64,000 nucleotides of DNA from Endomicrobiales bacterium (GTDB taxonomy: Bacteria; Elusimicrobiota; Endomicrobiia; Endomicrobiales; JALOBY01): contig CAWCNJ010000004.1 of assembly GCA_963796955.1 (NCBI GenBank), positions 365,624-429,623 on the forward strand, given 5' to 3'. Shown piece by piece: positions 31,469 to 43,148 of the stretch. The number at the start of each line of letters is the position of its first letter. The stretch's first letter is position 1. A model generated the notes under the pieces. It ran no database searches. It had not been told where the DNA came from and saw only the letters and a list, made by a program, of their open reading frames with translations. The position numbers were made by a program, and so were the translations under genes.

Positions 31469-33140
31469 GCATGACGATATCGATAACGATGAAGAGATGA
31501 CGATGGAACAATTGCTTGGCCCTGAAAAAACGATGGAACAGGGCAAGGTCATATCCGGCACGATCATCAGTTTCAGCGATGAGGGCGTGATGGTGGATCT
31601 GGGCACTAAATCCGAGGGGCTGATCCCTAAATCGGAATTCGGCTCCAAGGCGATGCCCTCTGAATTCGTGGCGGGTGCCCGTGTGAATGTCAGATATGTA
31701 AAATACGATCCGGATCTCGGCCACGCTATCGTTTCTTACCGTCAGGTGCGCGATCAGGAGATATGGGATACGCTGGATACGGCTTTTAAAGCCGCCACCC
31801 AGGTAGAAGGCACTATTCTGAGAAAGATCAAGGGCGGTTTTACCGTCGACATTGGTGTGGAAGCCTTTTTGCCGGCGTCCCAGCTGGAACTGCGCATGCC
31901 GAAGGACCCGGATAGTTATGTGGGTAAAAAATTCACTTTTGCTGTTGCAGAGTTCAACCGCACACAGCGTAACGTCGTGCTTTCCCGCCGTACCTTGCTT
32001 GAAAAAGAGCACAAAGAAAAAGCCGGTGTGATCATGGCCACCCTCGTCGAAGGCAGCATTCTGGACGGTGTGGTTACCAATATTACCGAATTCGGCGCTT
32101 TTGTCGACATCGGCGGTATCGAAGGCCTGTTGCACATCGGCGATCTTGCATGGTTCAGGGTCGCGAAAGTTACCGATATATTAAAGCCGAAACAGACCGT
32201 GCGCGTGAAGGTGCTGCGCGTAGACCGTGAGAAAGGCAAGATCTCCCTGGGCCTTAAGCAGCTGGCTGCCCGCCCCTGGGAAACCGCCGAAGAGCGCTAC
32301 CCCGTGGATGTGGTCGTTAAGGGCACCGTTTCTTCTATCACGGATTTCGGTGTATTTGTGGCGCTTGAGCCGGGCCTTGAAGGCCTTTTGCACGTTTCTG
32401 AAATTTCATGGAACGAAGATTCCCGCAACGTAAAGAACCTGTTCAAACCGGGACAGGAAGTTGATGTAAAGGTCATCGGCATAGACAAAGAGAAAGAAAA
32501 GATCTCTCTTTCCATTAAGCGTCTGCACTCAAACCCGTGGGACGATGCCTTTAAGCATTATGTTCCCGGTACCAGGGTAAAAGGTCCCATAACCCATCTC
32601 GCGCCGTTCGGTGCTTTTGTTAAGCTTCCTGAAGGGATAGAAGGCCTGATACATGTGGGCGATATGTCCTGGACGAAAAAAGTAAACCATCCGCAGGATG
32701 TCGTCAAGGTTGGCGAAGAAGTGGAAGTGGTCGTTCTTGAAGTAAAACCCAAGAGCGAAAAGATATCGCTTTCCCTTAAGCACGCTAACGAAGACCCATT
32801 CAAAAAATATAAGGTAGGCAAGGCTGTGGAAGGCGTGGTTACGCGCATCACCGAGTTCGGCGCTTTTGTAGAATTAGAGCCGGGCATAGAGGCGCTGTTG
32901 CGTATCGGCGAGATCAGCAGTGAAAAACGGCTGGAAAGCGTTTCAGAAGCATTATCCGTCGGCCAGAAGATAGAGGCGAAGGTCATCAAAAGCGATACGA
33001 AAGACCATAAGATAGATATCTCCATGCGCAAGCATGAGCGCGACCAGGAACGGGCGCTGGTAAAGAAGTACGCTAATAACACCGACGAACGCCCGACGCT
33101 CGGCCAGATGCTGCGGGACGATTCTGAGGAAGGGGATTAA
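31449..33140 (+). CDS. rpsA: 30S ribosomal protein S1
   Basis: Six S1 repeats (FGAFV...GIEGL.H). Confidence 0.96.
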   Translation: MANTDIKHDDIDNDEEMTMEQLLGPEKTMEQGKVISGTIISFSDEGVMVDLGTKSEGLIPKSEFGSKAMPSEFVAGARVNVRYVKYDPDLGHAIVSYRQVRDQEIWDTLDTAFKAATQVEGTILRKIKGGFTVDIGVEAFLPASQLELRMPKDPDSYVGKKFTFAVAEFNRTQRNVVLSRRTLLEKEHKEKAGVIMATLVEGSILDGVVTNITEFGAFVDIGGIEGLLHIGDLAWFRVAKVTDILKPKQTVRVKVLRVDREKGKISLGLKQLAARPWETAEERYPVDVVVKGTVSSITDFGVFVALEPGLEGLLHVSEISWNEDSRNVKNLFKPGQEVDVKVIGIDKEKEKISLSIKRLHSNPWDDAFKHYVPGTRVKGPITHLAPFGAFVKLPEGIEGLIHVGDMSWTKKVNHPQDVVKVGEEVEVVVLEVKPKSEKISLSLKHANEDPFKKYKVGKAVEGVVTRITEFGAFVELEPGIEALLRIGEISSEKRLESVSEALSVGQKIEAKVIKSDTKDHKIDISMRKHERDQERALVKKYANNTDERPTLGQMLRDDSEEGD

Positions 33141-33148
33141 CAAACCGC

Positions 33149-33367
33149 ATGCCCCTGTTCGAATATGTATGCATGTCATGCGGTAAAAAAATAGAGTTGC
33201 TGCTTTCCGCCGGTGAAACGCCTTCGTGCAAACACTGCGGCGGAAAGCAGTTGGAAAAACAGTTCTCGACGTTCGCATCCTCTTCGGGCGAGCATAAAAG
33301 CGGCCATAGTCATGGCGGCGGCTGCGGTTGCTGCTCTAAAAGAGAAGCCTGCCCGGGAGCTGAATAG
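33149..33367 (+). CDS. FmdB-type zinc-ribbon protein
   Basis: MPLFEYVC..CG...C..CG...LEKQFSTF with a Cys/Gly tail. Confidence 0.85.
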   Translation: MPLFEYVCMSCGKKIELLLSAGETPSCKHCGGKQLEKQFSTFASSSGEHKSGHSHGGGCGCCSKREACPGAE

Positions 33368-33397
33368 TCTCTAAAAAATCCGCGGTCTGTGAGCGAC

Positions 33398-36183
33398 ATG
33401 AAAAGCCTGTTGCGCCGCCCTTTGTTGGCCGTTGTCCTTCTTTCCTTGCTGCCCGTCTTTCTTTATTCGCAAAACAAAGTCATCACCCACGATATCCGCT
33501 GGCGGCTCAGCGCAATACCTCATTTTGATCTGTACCACTACGACACCGGCGGCACCGTTCTGGAACCCGTGGTTTCCCGCTATCTTGAAGACGCCTGGCA
33601 GCGTTCCACCATCATTCTTTCGACACAACCTGCCCAAATATATCCGTTCTTTCTGTATAATAACCACAATGATTTTGAAGGTTCTAATATCGTCGATATT
33701 ACCGATAATACCGGCGGTGTCACCGAAGCCTTTAAAGACCGGTTCCTTATCGCCCAGACCGGCTCCCAGCGCACGCTGCAGCATGTTATAGCCCACGAAT
33801 TCACCCACGAGCTGGAGTTCGAATATCTGTATACCGGTTTTTGGAAGTCCTTCAGACTGCTTAAGACAGTGCTGTACCCGTCGTGGCTTATGGAAGGGCT
33901 GGCGGAATACACCAGCGGTGATCTGGACTGGGTGCTGAGAGAGATGATCGTGCGCGACGCCGCCACCTCCGGCGGGCTTTTAAGCCTCGATGACCTGCAT
34001 AATTTCAATCATTTGCTGCCGCATCAGGTAACGCTGGCTTATAAGGAAAGCGAGCTGTTGATGCGCTATATCGCCCGTGAATACGGACAGGAAAAATTTG
34101 CCGTCATACTAACGCTCTTTCACGACGCCTATGCGGTAGACCCGGTCTTAAAAAACGCTATCGGGATCGGCTTGAATACTCTGGACTGGCGGTTCCGTGA
34201 AAGCCTTGAGGACTATTATAAGACGCAATCAGCGCAATTGTTCGAGCCGGAGCATTTCGGCCGGCGGCTTACCAATGATGGTCCCTATCCGCGTTTTTAC
34301 AGCGGTCCCGTGTATTCCGGTGACGGCGCACATATCGCCTGGCTTGGCGATGATAACGGCGCGCAGGAGTTGTACCTGGCTGACGGTGACGGCCGCAACG
34401 CCCGGCGTTTATGGCGGCAGAGCGGTGCTATAAAAGAAGAAGCGATCTATACGGAAGGAAGCTGTGTCAGGTTCTCGCCGGACAATACCACGCTCGCTTT
34501 CGCCGGGAAATATGCCCAGCGGGACAAGATCTATCTGTATTCGATCAACAGCGGCGGTCTCAGAAGCTTTCGCCCGGGTACCGACTCGGTAACCGACCTG
34601 TGCTATTCCCGGGATGGGGAAAAAATATATTTCTCCGGTCTTGCCGACGGCATGAGAGACCTCTACGGGTATTCTCTGAAAGACGGTTCTCTGCGAAAGT
34701 TAACGAACGGTTATATGGACAAAACGAACTGCGCCCTTTCGCCTGACGGCAGCACGCTGGTGTTCGCTGCTGAACGCCTGAACGCGCGCGGACGTATCGA
34801 ATACGACCTGTGCGCTTTGAACCTTGGGACGCTGGAAAGGCGCTGGCTTACGGCGATGCCCGGGGATGAAACGCAGCCCTGTTATTTTCCTGATGGGAAG
34901 CATCTTGCTTTTATCTCCGACCAGGACGGAGTCAAAGATATGTATACCATAGATCTTTCGAACGGTGAGACGCAGCGGCTTACCAAAGTTATCGGGGGGT
35001 GTTTTTCTCCGAAAGTCTCGCCTGATGGGAAAAAGGTATTGTTCACATCATACCGCAGAGGGCAGCGGCATGTTTACGAGATGCTATTAGCTGAACAACC
35101 GCCGATGCCGGCCGGCGCAGTCGTCGCATTTGATGTCGCGCGCGCTTCAACGACCGTGCCTGCCTTCGTTGCAGCGCAAGCCGCAAAGCCTTACAAAACC
35201 AAGGCTTCCCTTGACCTGTTCTTCCCGTTCGCCTTCTATTCTTCGGTAGACGGTTTTATCGCCGCCACCTATGCTCAGGGTTCCGATTACCTCGGCAACC
35301 ATCAGGCGGCCGGCCTTGTCAGCTACACCAGTGCGGCGGACTCCCTGAACTACGACCTTACCTATTCATATTTGCGCTGGCGTCCCAAAGTGTATTTCAC
35401 GTTCAACGGCAAGGCCTATTACGACGATCAAGCGCTTTCTCATAGAATAAGCGAGGACCGTCAGGGCCTGCAGGTCAATTATCCGCTTAACCGCGAACAA
35501 AGTGTTTTAACCGGCGCTTCAACGATCGACCGGCGCGATACCTATTCTCACACTCCGGCTCTGAACGCGCATTCCAGGGAGAACAATGTTACGCTCGGTT
35601 TTTCTCATTCCAACGTTGAAGGGCCGTATTTGGAAATAACTTCGGGCTTTCAGGCGTTGATCCTGGGACAATATTCCGGACATGCTGTTTCAAGCGATCT
35701 TGAATACCAAAATTACAGCGCTCAGTTAACCGGCTATATTCCTGCCGGATGGGGAAGTGTTGTTATGGCGAATTTATTCACCGGGGAGAATTTTGGCCGT
35801 AATGCCGGAACGTTCCGCCTGGGAGGCGTCGACCGTATCCGCGGTTTGTCAGATAAGGTGGCCGATACGGGTGTGGCCGTTGCCAACGTGGAACTGCGCT
35901 TCCCGCTGTCGTACAACCTGAACTACCATGCCTGGTATATTTTCCCGGATCTCTACTGCAAAAGTCTGTACGGAGTGGTTTTGCCGACGGTGGATGCGGC
36001 TGGCCGGATAACGCCCGATTGTCCGGCGTTGGTTTTACCGACACGTATGCCAGTTACGGCGTAGGTCTCAGGCTTAACACCTATGTCATTGAAACCTTTC
36101 CGCTGCTGATAAAGCTTGATCTGGCCCGGCGCACGGATTCCGGCGCCGGAGCCGTATACATCAGCTTCGGCGCGATCTACTGA
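33398..36183 (+). CDS. Secreted gluzincin-like + PD40/TolB propeller + Omp85-type barrel protein (1-nt frameshift at ~35980)
   Basis: Signal peptide; AHEFTH...WLMEGLAEY; several (F/L)SPDG repeats; GG.DRIRG. Adding one T to TTTT at 35979-35982 gives VFADGG...SYGVGLRL...YISFGAIY* (stop 36181-36183). Confidence 0.85.
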
Positions 36184-36191
36184 AGTGAGAT

Positions 36192-36824
36192 TTACCAGAA
36201 TTTAGACGGGAATTGTTTCAGCGTGCCGATCGAGATCGTGTCGGCCACGTTCATCGCCTGGTTGAAGGTCGCATCAAAGCCCGCCACATCCACCGTGCCG
36301 GGGTTAGGGTACTGCAGATTGATCTCAGCGATAAGCAGATCGTCGTATTTCTTTAACGAAGCCGTAAGCTCGTCTTTGTTCCAATACATATTTTGCAGGC
36401 ATAGCAGGGATGCCAATGCCGTGGCATTGTCGTAAAACGCGGTAATGATCTGGGTCTTATCGCCGCCGCCGCTGCGCACCATGTTGGCGTAATCATCAAT
36501 TGTCTGCGCATTCTGCTTTAAAAGCATCGAGGCCTGGTTTCCGGTATCATCGCCGTAATAGGTTCTGATCAGGTTCGCAATTTCGTCCTGGCTTGCCAGC
36601 AGGCGCGTCTTCGCTTTATCCGTATCCGGCGTGTTCGCGACGCGGTCAACGGCAAAGATTCTCGCCCATGTCAGGTTCTGTGCGTACGTTGCTCTAACGG
36701 TAGACATGAACTGAACTTCTTTCGGTGAATAGGAAGTTTTGTCCAGGGTCATTTGCGCGAAGGCGGTACTGCCGAGGAAACAAAGGGTGAGAGCGAGCTT
36801 CAGAGTGCCGAAAACGTTTTTCAT
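36192..36824 (-). CDS. Secreted hypothetical helical protein
   Basis: Signal peptide ending AFA; SD GGAGG; TW.R...RLL..Q.EI...I..YYG pattern. Confidence 0.8.
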   Translation of the reverse strand: MKNVFGTLKLALTLCFLGSTAFAQMTLDKTSYSPKEVQFMSTVRATYAQNLTWARIFAVDRVANTPDTDKAKTRLLASQDEIANLIRTYYGDDTGNQASMLLKQNAQTIDDYANMVRSGGGDKTQIITAFYDNATALASLLCLQNMYWNKDELTASLKKYDDLLIAEINLQYPNPGTVDVAGFDATFNQAMNVADTISIGTLKQFPSKFW

Positions 36825-36927
36825 AGGTCCTCCGTTGAGTTAGTGAAAATATTCTACCTGATTTTTAGATGTTTGTCACGCCTGCAGCCGGTAGATGAGT
36901 GGGTATAATAAATGATACAATTTAAAC

Positions 36928-38811
36928 ATGACCTCTAAACGCGTCGCATTAACGATCCTGTCGGTGTTGTCGTTGCTTTGCGCGTTGAGAGTTCTGTCCC
37001 CTATTTTCAAACAATCGGCCACTTTTGACGAGGGCGTGAAGATCGGGGCAGGTTACGCTCAGTTCAAACAGCACTATTTTCTGTATGACCACCGCAGCCC
37101 TCCTTTTTCCAAGTTCCTTATTTCATGGCCGTTGCTGTTGCTGAACCCGTCCATTCCCGTGCCCGAGCCCGCACTCGCCGCACAGGATCCCGCGTTTTTT
37201 AAAGACCACTTCCCGTTCGGTTATCGGTTCCTTTTCAACAACCGGTTGCCAGCTGATACCATGCTGGTCTACACCCGGCTGGGCGTTTGGGGTGTATATG
37301 CATCAGGCGGGATATTTCTTTTTCTTTTTCTGTATAGAAAATACGGGCTTTCGGCCGCGGCTATCGGCAATGTCTTGTATTTTCTGTGCCCTGATATCGC
37401 GGCCACCGCCGCAGTCGCGACAAGTGACATTCTTGCCATAGTCTTCGCCATACCCGTGGTGATAGCAGCCATATCTCTATATGAAAACCCATCCCGTAAG
37501 AATGCCGTTATTGCCGGGATCGCGCTGGGGCTTGGCGTCTGCACAAAATACTCCCTGCTTATATTCATACCGTTGTTCGCCTACATCCTTTTTAAATTCT
37601 ATCTGCGAAAGGCAAAAGCATCGGAACTGGCGGTATACGGTACCATCCTCATTGGCTGCCTGTTGTTCATTATCGAAGCGAATTATCTTTTCATGGACCC
37701 GTCGGCGATCTACGGCATGATACACGAAACCCTGGATGTGGTGACCGGCGCACGGATGTCCTATTTCCTCGGCCAGTACACGACCGGCGGCTTCCTGTAT
37801 TATTTCCCGCTGGCGATACTGCTTAAAACCCCGCTCCCCGTGCTCGCCGCGGCCGCCTATGCCGTGTATTTGTACGTGACAAAAAAGGGATGCCGCGAAC
37901 CCGCTGCAGAGATAACGGGCCTGGCGATAGTGCTTTTGGCGGGTGTTTCGATATTTTCAACGCTGGATCTGGGTATACGCTATATATTGCCCATTTATCC
38001 TCTTGTCTTTCTGTTCATCGCAATAGTCCTGCACCGTTCAGTAGTAGATCACAAAAAGCTGGCGGCTATTTTTCTGTGTCTCGTTATTTCCAACGTTATG
38101 GTACATCCGCATTACCAGTCTTATTTCAATCTGCTGATTGGGAAAAATGAGAATGCCTACAAATATTTCGCCGATTCAGCCGTCGATTGGGGCCAGGACC
38201 TGAAAGAGCTGGGTGAATATCTGAAGAGCGAAGGCAGCCCGGAATTAACGCTCTCATATTTTGGCACCGCGAGCCCGAACTACTACGGTATTCAATATCA
38301 GAACCTTGAATCCAACGGTTTGGACGCAGTCTATGATAATACCCGGTACCGGCAGATCAACAGCGACACCCCGAGAAGGGAACTGCTTGCGGTCTCGGCG
38401 ACCTGCCGTATTGGCGTTGACTACCCGAACCACCATTGGTTCGATTTCCTGAACGAACTTAAACCCATAAGGGTCATTGGAAACTCCATATTCGTTTATG
38501 ACATAACCGGCAACGTCAGCACATATAAACATATCGCGCAGATCTATTACGAAAGCAGGCATCAGGTGCATCTGCTGCGGTGCGGCAGGGTCATAGCAGG
38601 TCTTGATCCAGCCGATCCGTTCGGAAAGTCCGCCGTCGAGGCCTCGCAGGCAAAATACCGGACGTATTACGATCTTGGCGTACGCTACGAAAGATCGCAT
38701 GATCTTACCAACGCCCGTAAGGCTTACATTGCGGCCCTTGCCTTTAAGCCGGGCGACGCGCAGGCTATCGCCGGTCTTCAAGATGTTCAAGCATCCAAAG
38801 AGGTTAAATGA
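36928..38811 (+). CDS. GT-C (ArnT/PMT-like) membrane glycosyltransferase with C-terminal TPR
   Basis: SATFDE after TM1, many TM helices, YYFP.A.LLKTP, G.RYILP, DS..DWG, TPR-like end. Confidence 0.8.
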   Translation: MTSKRVALTILSVLSLLCALRVLSPIFKQSATFDEGVKIGAGYAQFKQHYFLYDHRSPPFSKFLISWPLLLLNPSIPVPEPALAAQDPAFFKDHFPFGYRFLFNNRLPADTMLVYTRLGVWGVYASGGIFLFLFLYRKYGLSAAAIGNVLYFLCPDIAATAAVATSDILAIVFAIPVVIAAISLYENPSRKNAVIAGIALGLGVCTKYSLLIFIPLFAYILFKFYLRKAKASELAVYGTILIGCLLFIIEANYLFMDPSAIYGMIHETLDVVTGARMSYFLGQYTTGGFLYYFPLAILLKTPLPVLAAAAYAVYLYVTKKGCREPAAEITGLAIVLLAGVSIFSTLDLGIRYILPIYPLVFLFIAIVLHRSVVDHKKLAAIFLCLVISNVMVHPHYQSYFNLLIGKNENAYKYFADSAVDWGQDLKELGEYLKSEGSPELTLSYFGTASPNYYGIQYQNLESNGLDAVYDNTRYRQINSDTPRRELLAVSATCRIGVDYPNHHWFDFLNELKPIRVIGNSIFVYDITGNVSTYKHIAQIYYESRHQVHLLRCGRVIAGLDPADPFGKSAVEASQAKYRTYYDLGVRYERSHDLTNARKAYIAALAFKPGDAQAIAGLQDVQASKEVK

Positions 38812-41066
38812 ACAAACGTAATATCTTTATATTTATTTTAGCTCTTGCCGTGGCAAGCAGCTTCAGATTAGTAGTGCCGTTGGTGCGCCAATCCGCGACC
38901 TTTGACGAGCCCTTTAAAATAGCTTCTGCCTATCTGCTGGTAAAAGACGGCGCTTTCGATTACGCCACCTGGGACCCGCAGATAATCTTCAACCCGCCGC
39001 TTTATAAATACCTGATCGCCCTGCCCCTGCGCTTGCTGGATCCTGAGATACCCCGCCCTTCTCCTCAGATGGAGATGAAGGGCCGCCCCGGCTATTTCGC
39101 GAACGCCTTCGCCTTCGGCTATCGCTTCCTGCACGAGAACAGGGTACCCGCTCAAAAACTGCTTATCTATAGCCGCGTCAGTTCTCTGGCGCTCTATATT
39201 GCGGGCGGCATTTTGTTGTTCTTCCTGCTTAAGATCCTTTTCGGCGCGGAGCCCGCCCTGATATTTATGGTATTATATTTTCTATGTCCGAACCTGGCGG
39301 CCTCGGCGGTCCTCGCGACCAACGATATCCATGCCGCGGTGCTTGCCGTTGTGTACACCGCGCTATTGCTGCTGTTCATGAAAAAGCCCGGCCGCCTCTA
39401 CACTGTCTTGATAGCTGCTGCCTTTACCCTCGGTATCTGCACAAAGGTCACGTTTGTTTTGCTTGCTCCCTTATACGCGGTCGCGTTGGTGCTTATGTTC
39501 CGACATAAAAAAGTTACGCCCCGCCAGGCTGCTATATTTACGGCCTACGCCGCCATAACCTGCGCCCTTCTGCTTGAAATAATATTCCAGTTCCTGGAAC
39601 CCGCCGCTATTATCGGTATGTTCAACAGCGCCATGCACATAACGGGCATCAAACTGCTCTATTACGCCCTCGGCAAATATTCTTTTGAGGGATTTTCCTA
39701 TTACTTTCCGCTCGCGTTTTTGCTGAAAACTCCGCTGCCGGTGCTCGCGCTGCTGGGGTACAGCCTCTACCTTATTTATCGCGAGAAGGCATATAAGGAA
39801 GATGCCGTCATTATTATTTTCGCCGGTATACTTACTTTCTTAATAACAGGTATCAACTCCCGCTTGAACGCCGGCCTCCGGTATATATTGCCCGTGTACC
39901 CGCTATCCTTTATGCTGATAGCAGCAGCCATGCGCTACAAGCCGAAGATGCGCCTTGAACTTGCGGGTTCCTTGCTGGCCGCCCTGCTGGTCTCAAACTT
40001 TCTGGTCCACCCGCACTACCAATCTTATTTCAACGTGCTGATAGGAAAAAATGACAACGCCTATAAATATCTAGTCGATTCTTCTCTGGACTGGGGGGAG
40101 AACGTTGGTGACCTGGCGAAGTATTTGAACGAGACCGGCTCGCCGGAACTGCTGCTTTCATATTTCGGCAGCGCCGATCCCGCTTCCTACGGCATTACCT
40201 ATCAGGACCTGGGCTGCGACGGCCTGGACCTGGCGCAGGACGATAAGCGCTTCATGCACGTAAACTCCGACAACCCCGCGAAAGAATACTGGGCCGTTTC
40301 CGCCACCAGCCTGGTCGGCTTAAATTATCCCGACCACAACTGGTTCGCCTTCCTTAAAGACCGCGAGCCGGTAAAAGTGATAGGCAGCAACATCTTTATT
40401 TATGATATTACCGGCAACGCTGCCATTCACCGCAGCATTGCGGGGGTATATCTGCAGATGGGCCGCATGGCACAATTTCTGCGGGAAGGCCGCACCATCC
40501 TTGCGCGCGCACCCGGTGATACTCTGGGCATGCTGTGTCTTTCGATCTCTGAATACGGCCGCGACAAAGCCAAAGCCGCCGATATCCTGAAAGGAACAGC
40601 GCTTACGCCGGCCACCCTGGTCGCCGATAACGCCCTTCCAATGAATGCTGCCATGACCTACACCGGCATCATGGTACAAAACAAAGATTTCAAATCCGCC
40701 CACGCCTTGATTACCAGACTGCTTGACGCCAAGATCTCACCATACGAGACCCGTTTGTATAATTTAAACGGCGTCGCCTACCTGCGGGAAAAAGACCTCC
40801 CAAAAGCAAAAGAGAATTTCGAAAAAGCGATAAACAACGAACCAACCTATCCGGTTTCATACTACAACCTCGGCCTGGTATCTGAAAAATCGGGTAACCT
40901 GGAACAGTCAGTTGGTTTATACCGCAAAGCCCTGGCCTACAACCCAAAGTTTGTCCCTGCGCTTAGAAAACTGCGTGCCCTGCAACAACAATATTCCAAG
41001 AACCATCCCGCTCCCCAGCGCCCAGAAGGCTCTGCGATCGCTCCTGATTCTGAAATGTTGCAATAG
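38808..41066 (+). CDS. GT-C (ArnT/PMT-like) membrane glycosyltransferase with TPRs; paralog of the upstream gene
   Basis: Same motifs; shares blocks such as VHPHYQSYFN.LIGKN.NAYKY; YYNLG TPR. Confidence 0.8.
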   Translation: MNKRNIFIFILALAVASSFRLVVPLVRQSATFDEPFKIASAYLLVKDGAFDYATWDPQIIFNPPLYKYLIALPLRLLDPEIPRPSPQMEMKGRPGYFANAFAFGYRFLHENRVPAQKLLIYSRVSSLALYIAGGILLFFLLKILFGAEPALIFMVLYFLCPNLAASAVLATNDIHAAVLAVVYTALLLLFMKKPGRLYTVLIAAAFTLGICTKVTFVLLAPLYAVALVLMFRHKKVTPRQAAIFTAYAAITCALLLEIIFQFLEPAAIIGMFNSAMHITGIKLLYYALGKYSFEGFSYYFPLAFLLKTPLPVLALLGYSLYLIYREKAYKEDAVIIIFAGILTFLITGINSRLNAGLRYILPVYPLSFMLIAAAMRYKPKMRLELAGSLLAALLVSNFLVHPHYQSYFNVLIGKNDNAYKYLVDSSLDWGENVGDLAKYLNETGSPELLLSYFGSADPASYGITYQDLGCDGLDLAQDDKRFMHVNSDNPAKEYWAVSATSLVGLNYPDHNWFAFLKDREPVKVIGSNIFIYDITGNAAIHRSIAGVYLQMGRMAQFLREGRTILARAPGDTLGMLCLSISEYGRDKAKAADILKGTALTPATLVADNALPMNAAMTYTGIMVQNKDFKSAHALITRLLDAKISPYETRLYNLNGVAYLREKDLPKAKENFEKAINNEPTYPVSYYNLGLVSEKSGNLEQSVGLYRKALAYNPKFVPALRKLRALQQQYSKNHPAPQRPEGSAIAPDSEMLQ

Positions 41067-41091
41067 TTACGTCTTTCTGCTGGGTTGACTC

Positions 41092-42438
41092 TTAGCTCAG
41101 GATTTCTAGGATGCTCTTTTTGACGATATTGACCATGCGGGATATTTCCGGATTGGTAATGGTTATTGGTGGCATAAGCACAAGGGTATTGCCGAGGGGG
41201 CGGATGATAAGGCCTTTGGGGCGGCATGCTGCGCAGATACGGGCACCGATCCTTTCTTTAGCGGGGAAATCTTTCAGCGTAATGCGGTCCTTTGCAAGTT
41301 CAATTCCAGCCATTAAACCAACTTGCCTTACATCAACGACATTCGGCAAATCCTTAAGTGAAGTAAGTTGCTTTCCCAGGTGTTCTACCTTGGCCGGCAG
41401 GCTTTCAATAATTCTGTCTTTCTTAAGGATGTTGATGGTTGCAATGGCAGCGGCGCAGGCAAGCGGATTTGCTGTGTATGTGTGGCCATGAAAAAAAGTT
41501 TTAAATTCCTCGTAACATCCTAAAAAACCTTGGTATATCTTTTCATCGGTCAGGGTAACGGCAAGAGGCAGGTAGCCTCCCGTGATGCCTTTTGAAAGGC
41601 ACATGAAATCGGGCTTAACGCCTTCCTGCTGGCAGGCAAACAATGTTCCTGTCCTACCAAAACCCGTTGCCACTTCATCGGCTATTAGCAATATTCCATA
41701 TTTTCTGCAAAGTGCGGCGAATGCCTTAAGATATCCCGTAGGCATTTTTATCATACCGCCTGCCGCTTGCATAAGCGGCTCAATAATAGCTGCTGCTATA
41801 TTTCTTCCGTTAGTTTGTAATATCCTTTCTACGTCCTGAAGGCACTGATGCTTGCAATTCCCCTGGTGTTTGCAGCGCAGGCAGTAAGGCGACTGCGCAA
41901 AGTGTGTTTTAAAGAACAGCGGCCCGAATTTGGCGTGGTATATATCGATGCCGCCGACGGCTGAGGCACCGATCGTGTCGCCATGGTAGGCGTTGCGCAG
42001 GGCAAGAAAAGTTGTTTTACCTTTGTGGCCTGTTTGCAGCCAATACTGATACGCCATTTTAAGAGCTATCTCAACGGCGGTAGAGCCGTTGTCGGAATAA
42101 TAGACTCGGGAAAAACCTTTTGGCGCGATAGCAATGAGCATTTGTGAAAGTACGGCGGCGGGTTCGTGCGTAAGACCAAGGAACGTGGTGTGCGCAACCT
42201 TGTCCAACTGTGTTTTTATTGCCTTGGTTATCGCAGGGTGGCGGTGGCCAAGCAGATTGCACCAGAGAGAGGAAACTCCGTCTATATATCTTTTGCCGTC
42301 AGTGTCGTAAAGATAAATACCTTTAGCACGGCTTATGGCCAGAACAGGGGAGGGCGCGTCTTTCGCCCAATCGGCCATCTGGGTGAACGGGTGCCAATTA
42401 TATTTTTTGTCGAGCGCTACGATCTCTTTTGAATTCAC
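41092..42438 (-). CDS. bioA: DAPA aminotransferase
   Basis: WHPFTQM, SSLWC, YHGDT, DEVATGFGRTG, SKGITGGYLP, HGHTYTAN. Confidence 0.96.
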   Translation of the reverse strand: MNSKEIVALDKKYNWHPFTQMADWAKDAPSPVLAISRAKGIYLYDTDGKRYIDGVSSLWCNLLGHRHPAITKAIKTQLDKVAHTTFLGLTHEPAAVLSQMLIAIAPKGFSRVYYSDNGSTAVEIALKMAYQYWLQTGHKGKTTFLALRNAYHGDTIGASAVGGIDIYHAKFGPLFFKTHFAQSPYCLRCKHQGNCKHQCLQDVERILQTNGRNIAAAIIEPLMQAAGGMIKMPTGYLKAFAALCRKYGILLIADEVATGFGRTGTLFACQQEGVKPDFMCLSKGITGGYLPLAVTLTDEKIYQGFLGCYEEFKTFFHGHTYTANPLACAAAIATINILKKDRIIESLPAKVEHLGKQLTSLKDLPNVVDVRQVGLMAGIELAKDRITLKDFPAKERIGARICAACRPKGLIIRPLGNTLVLMPPITITNPEISRMVNIVKKSILEILS

Positions 42439-42448
42439 AGGGGATGTG

Positions 42449-43114
<666 letters not shown>

Positions 43115-43148
43115 TTACCGCAAAATCCCGCTAAGCGAGATTGATACC

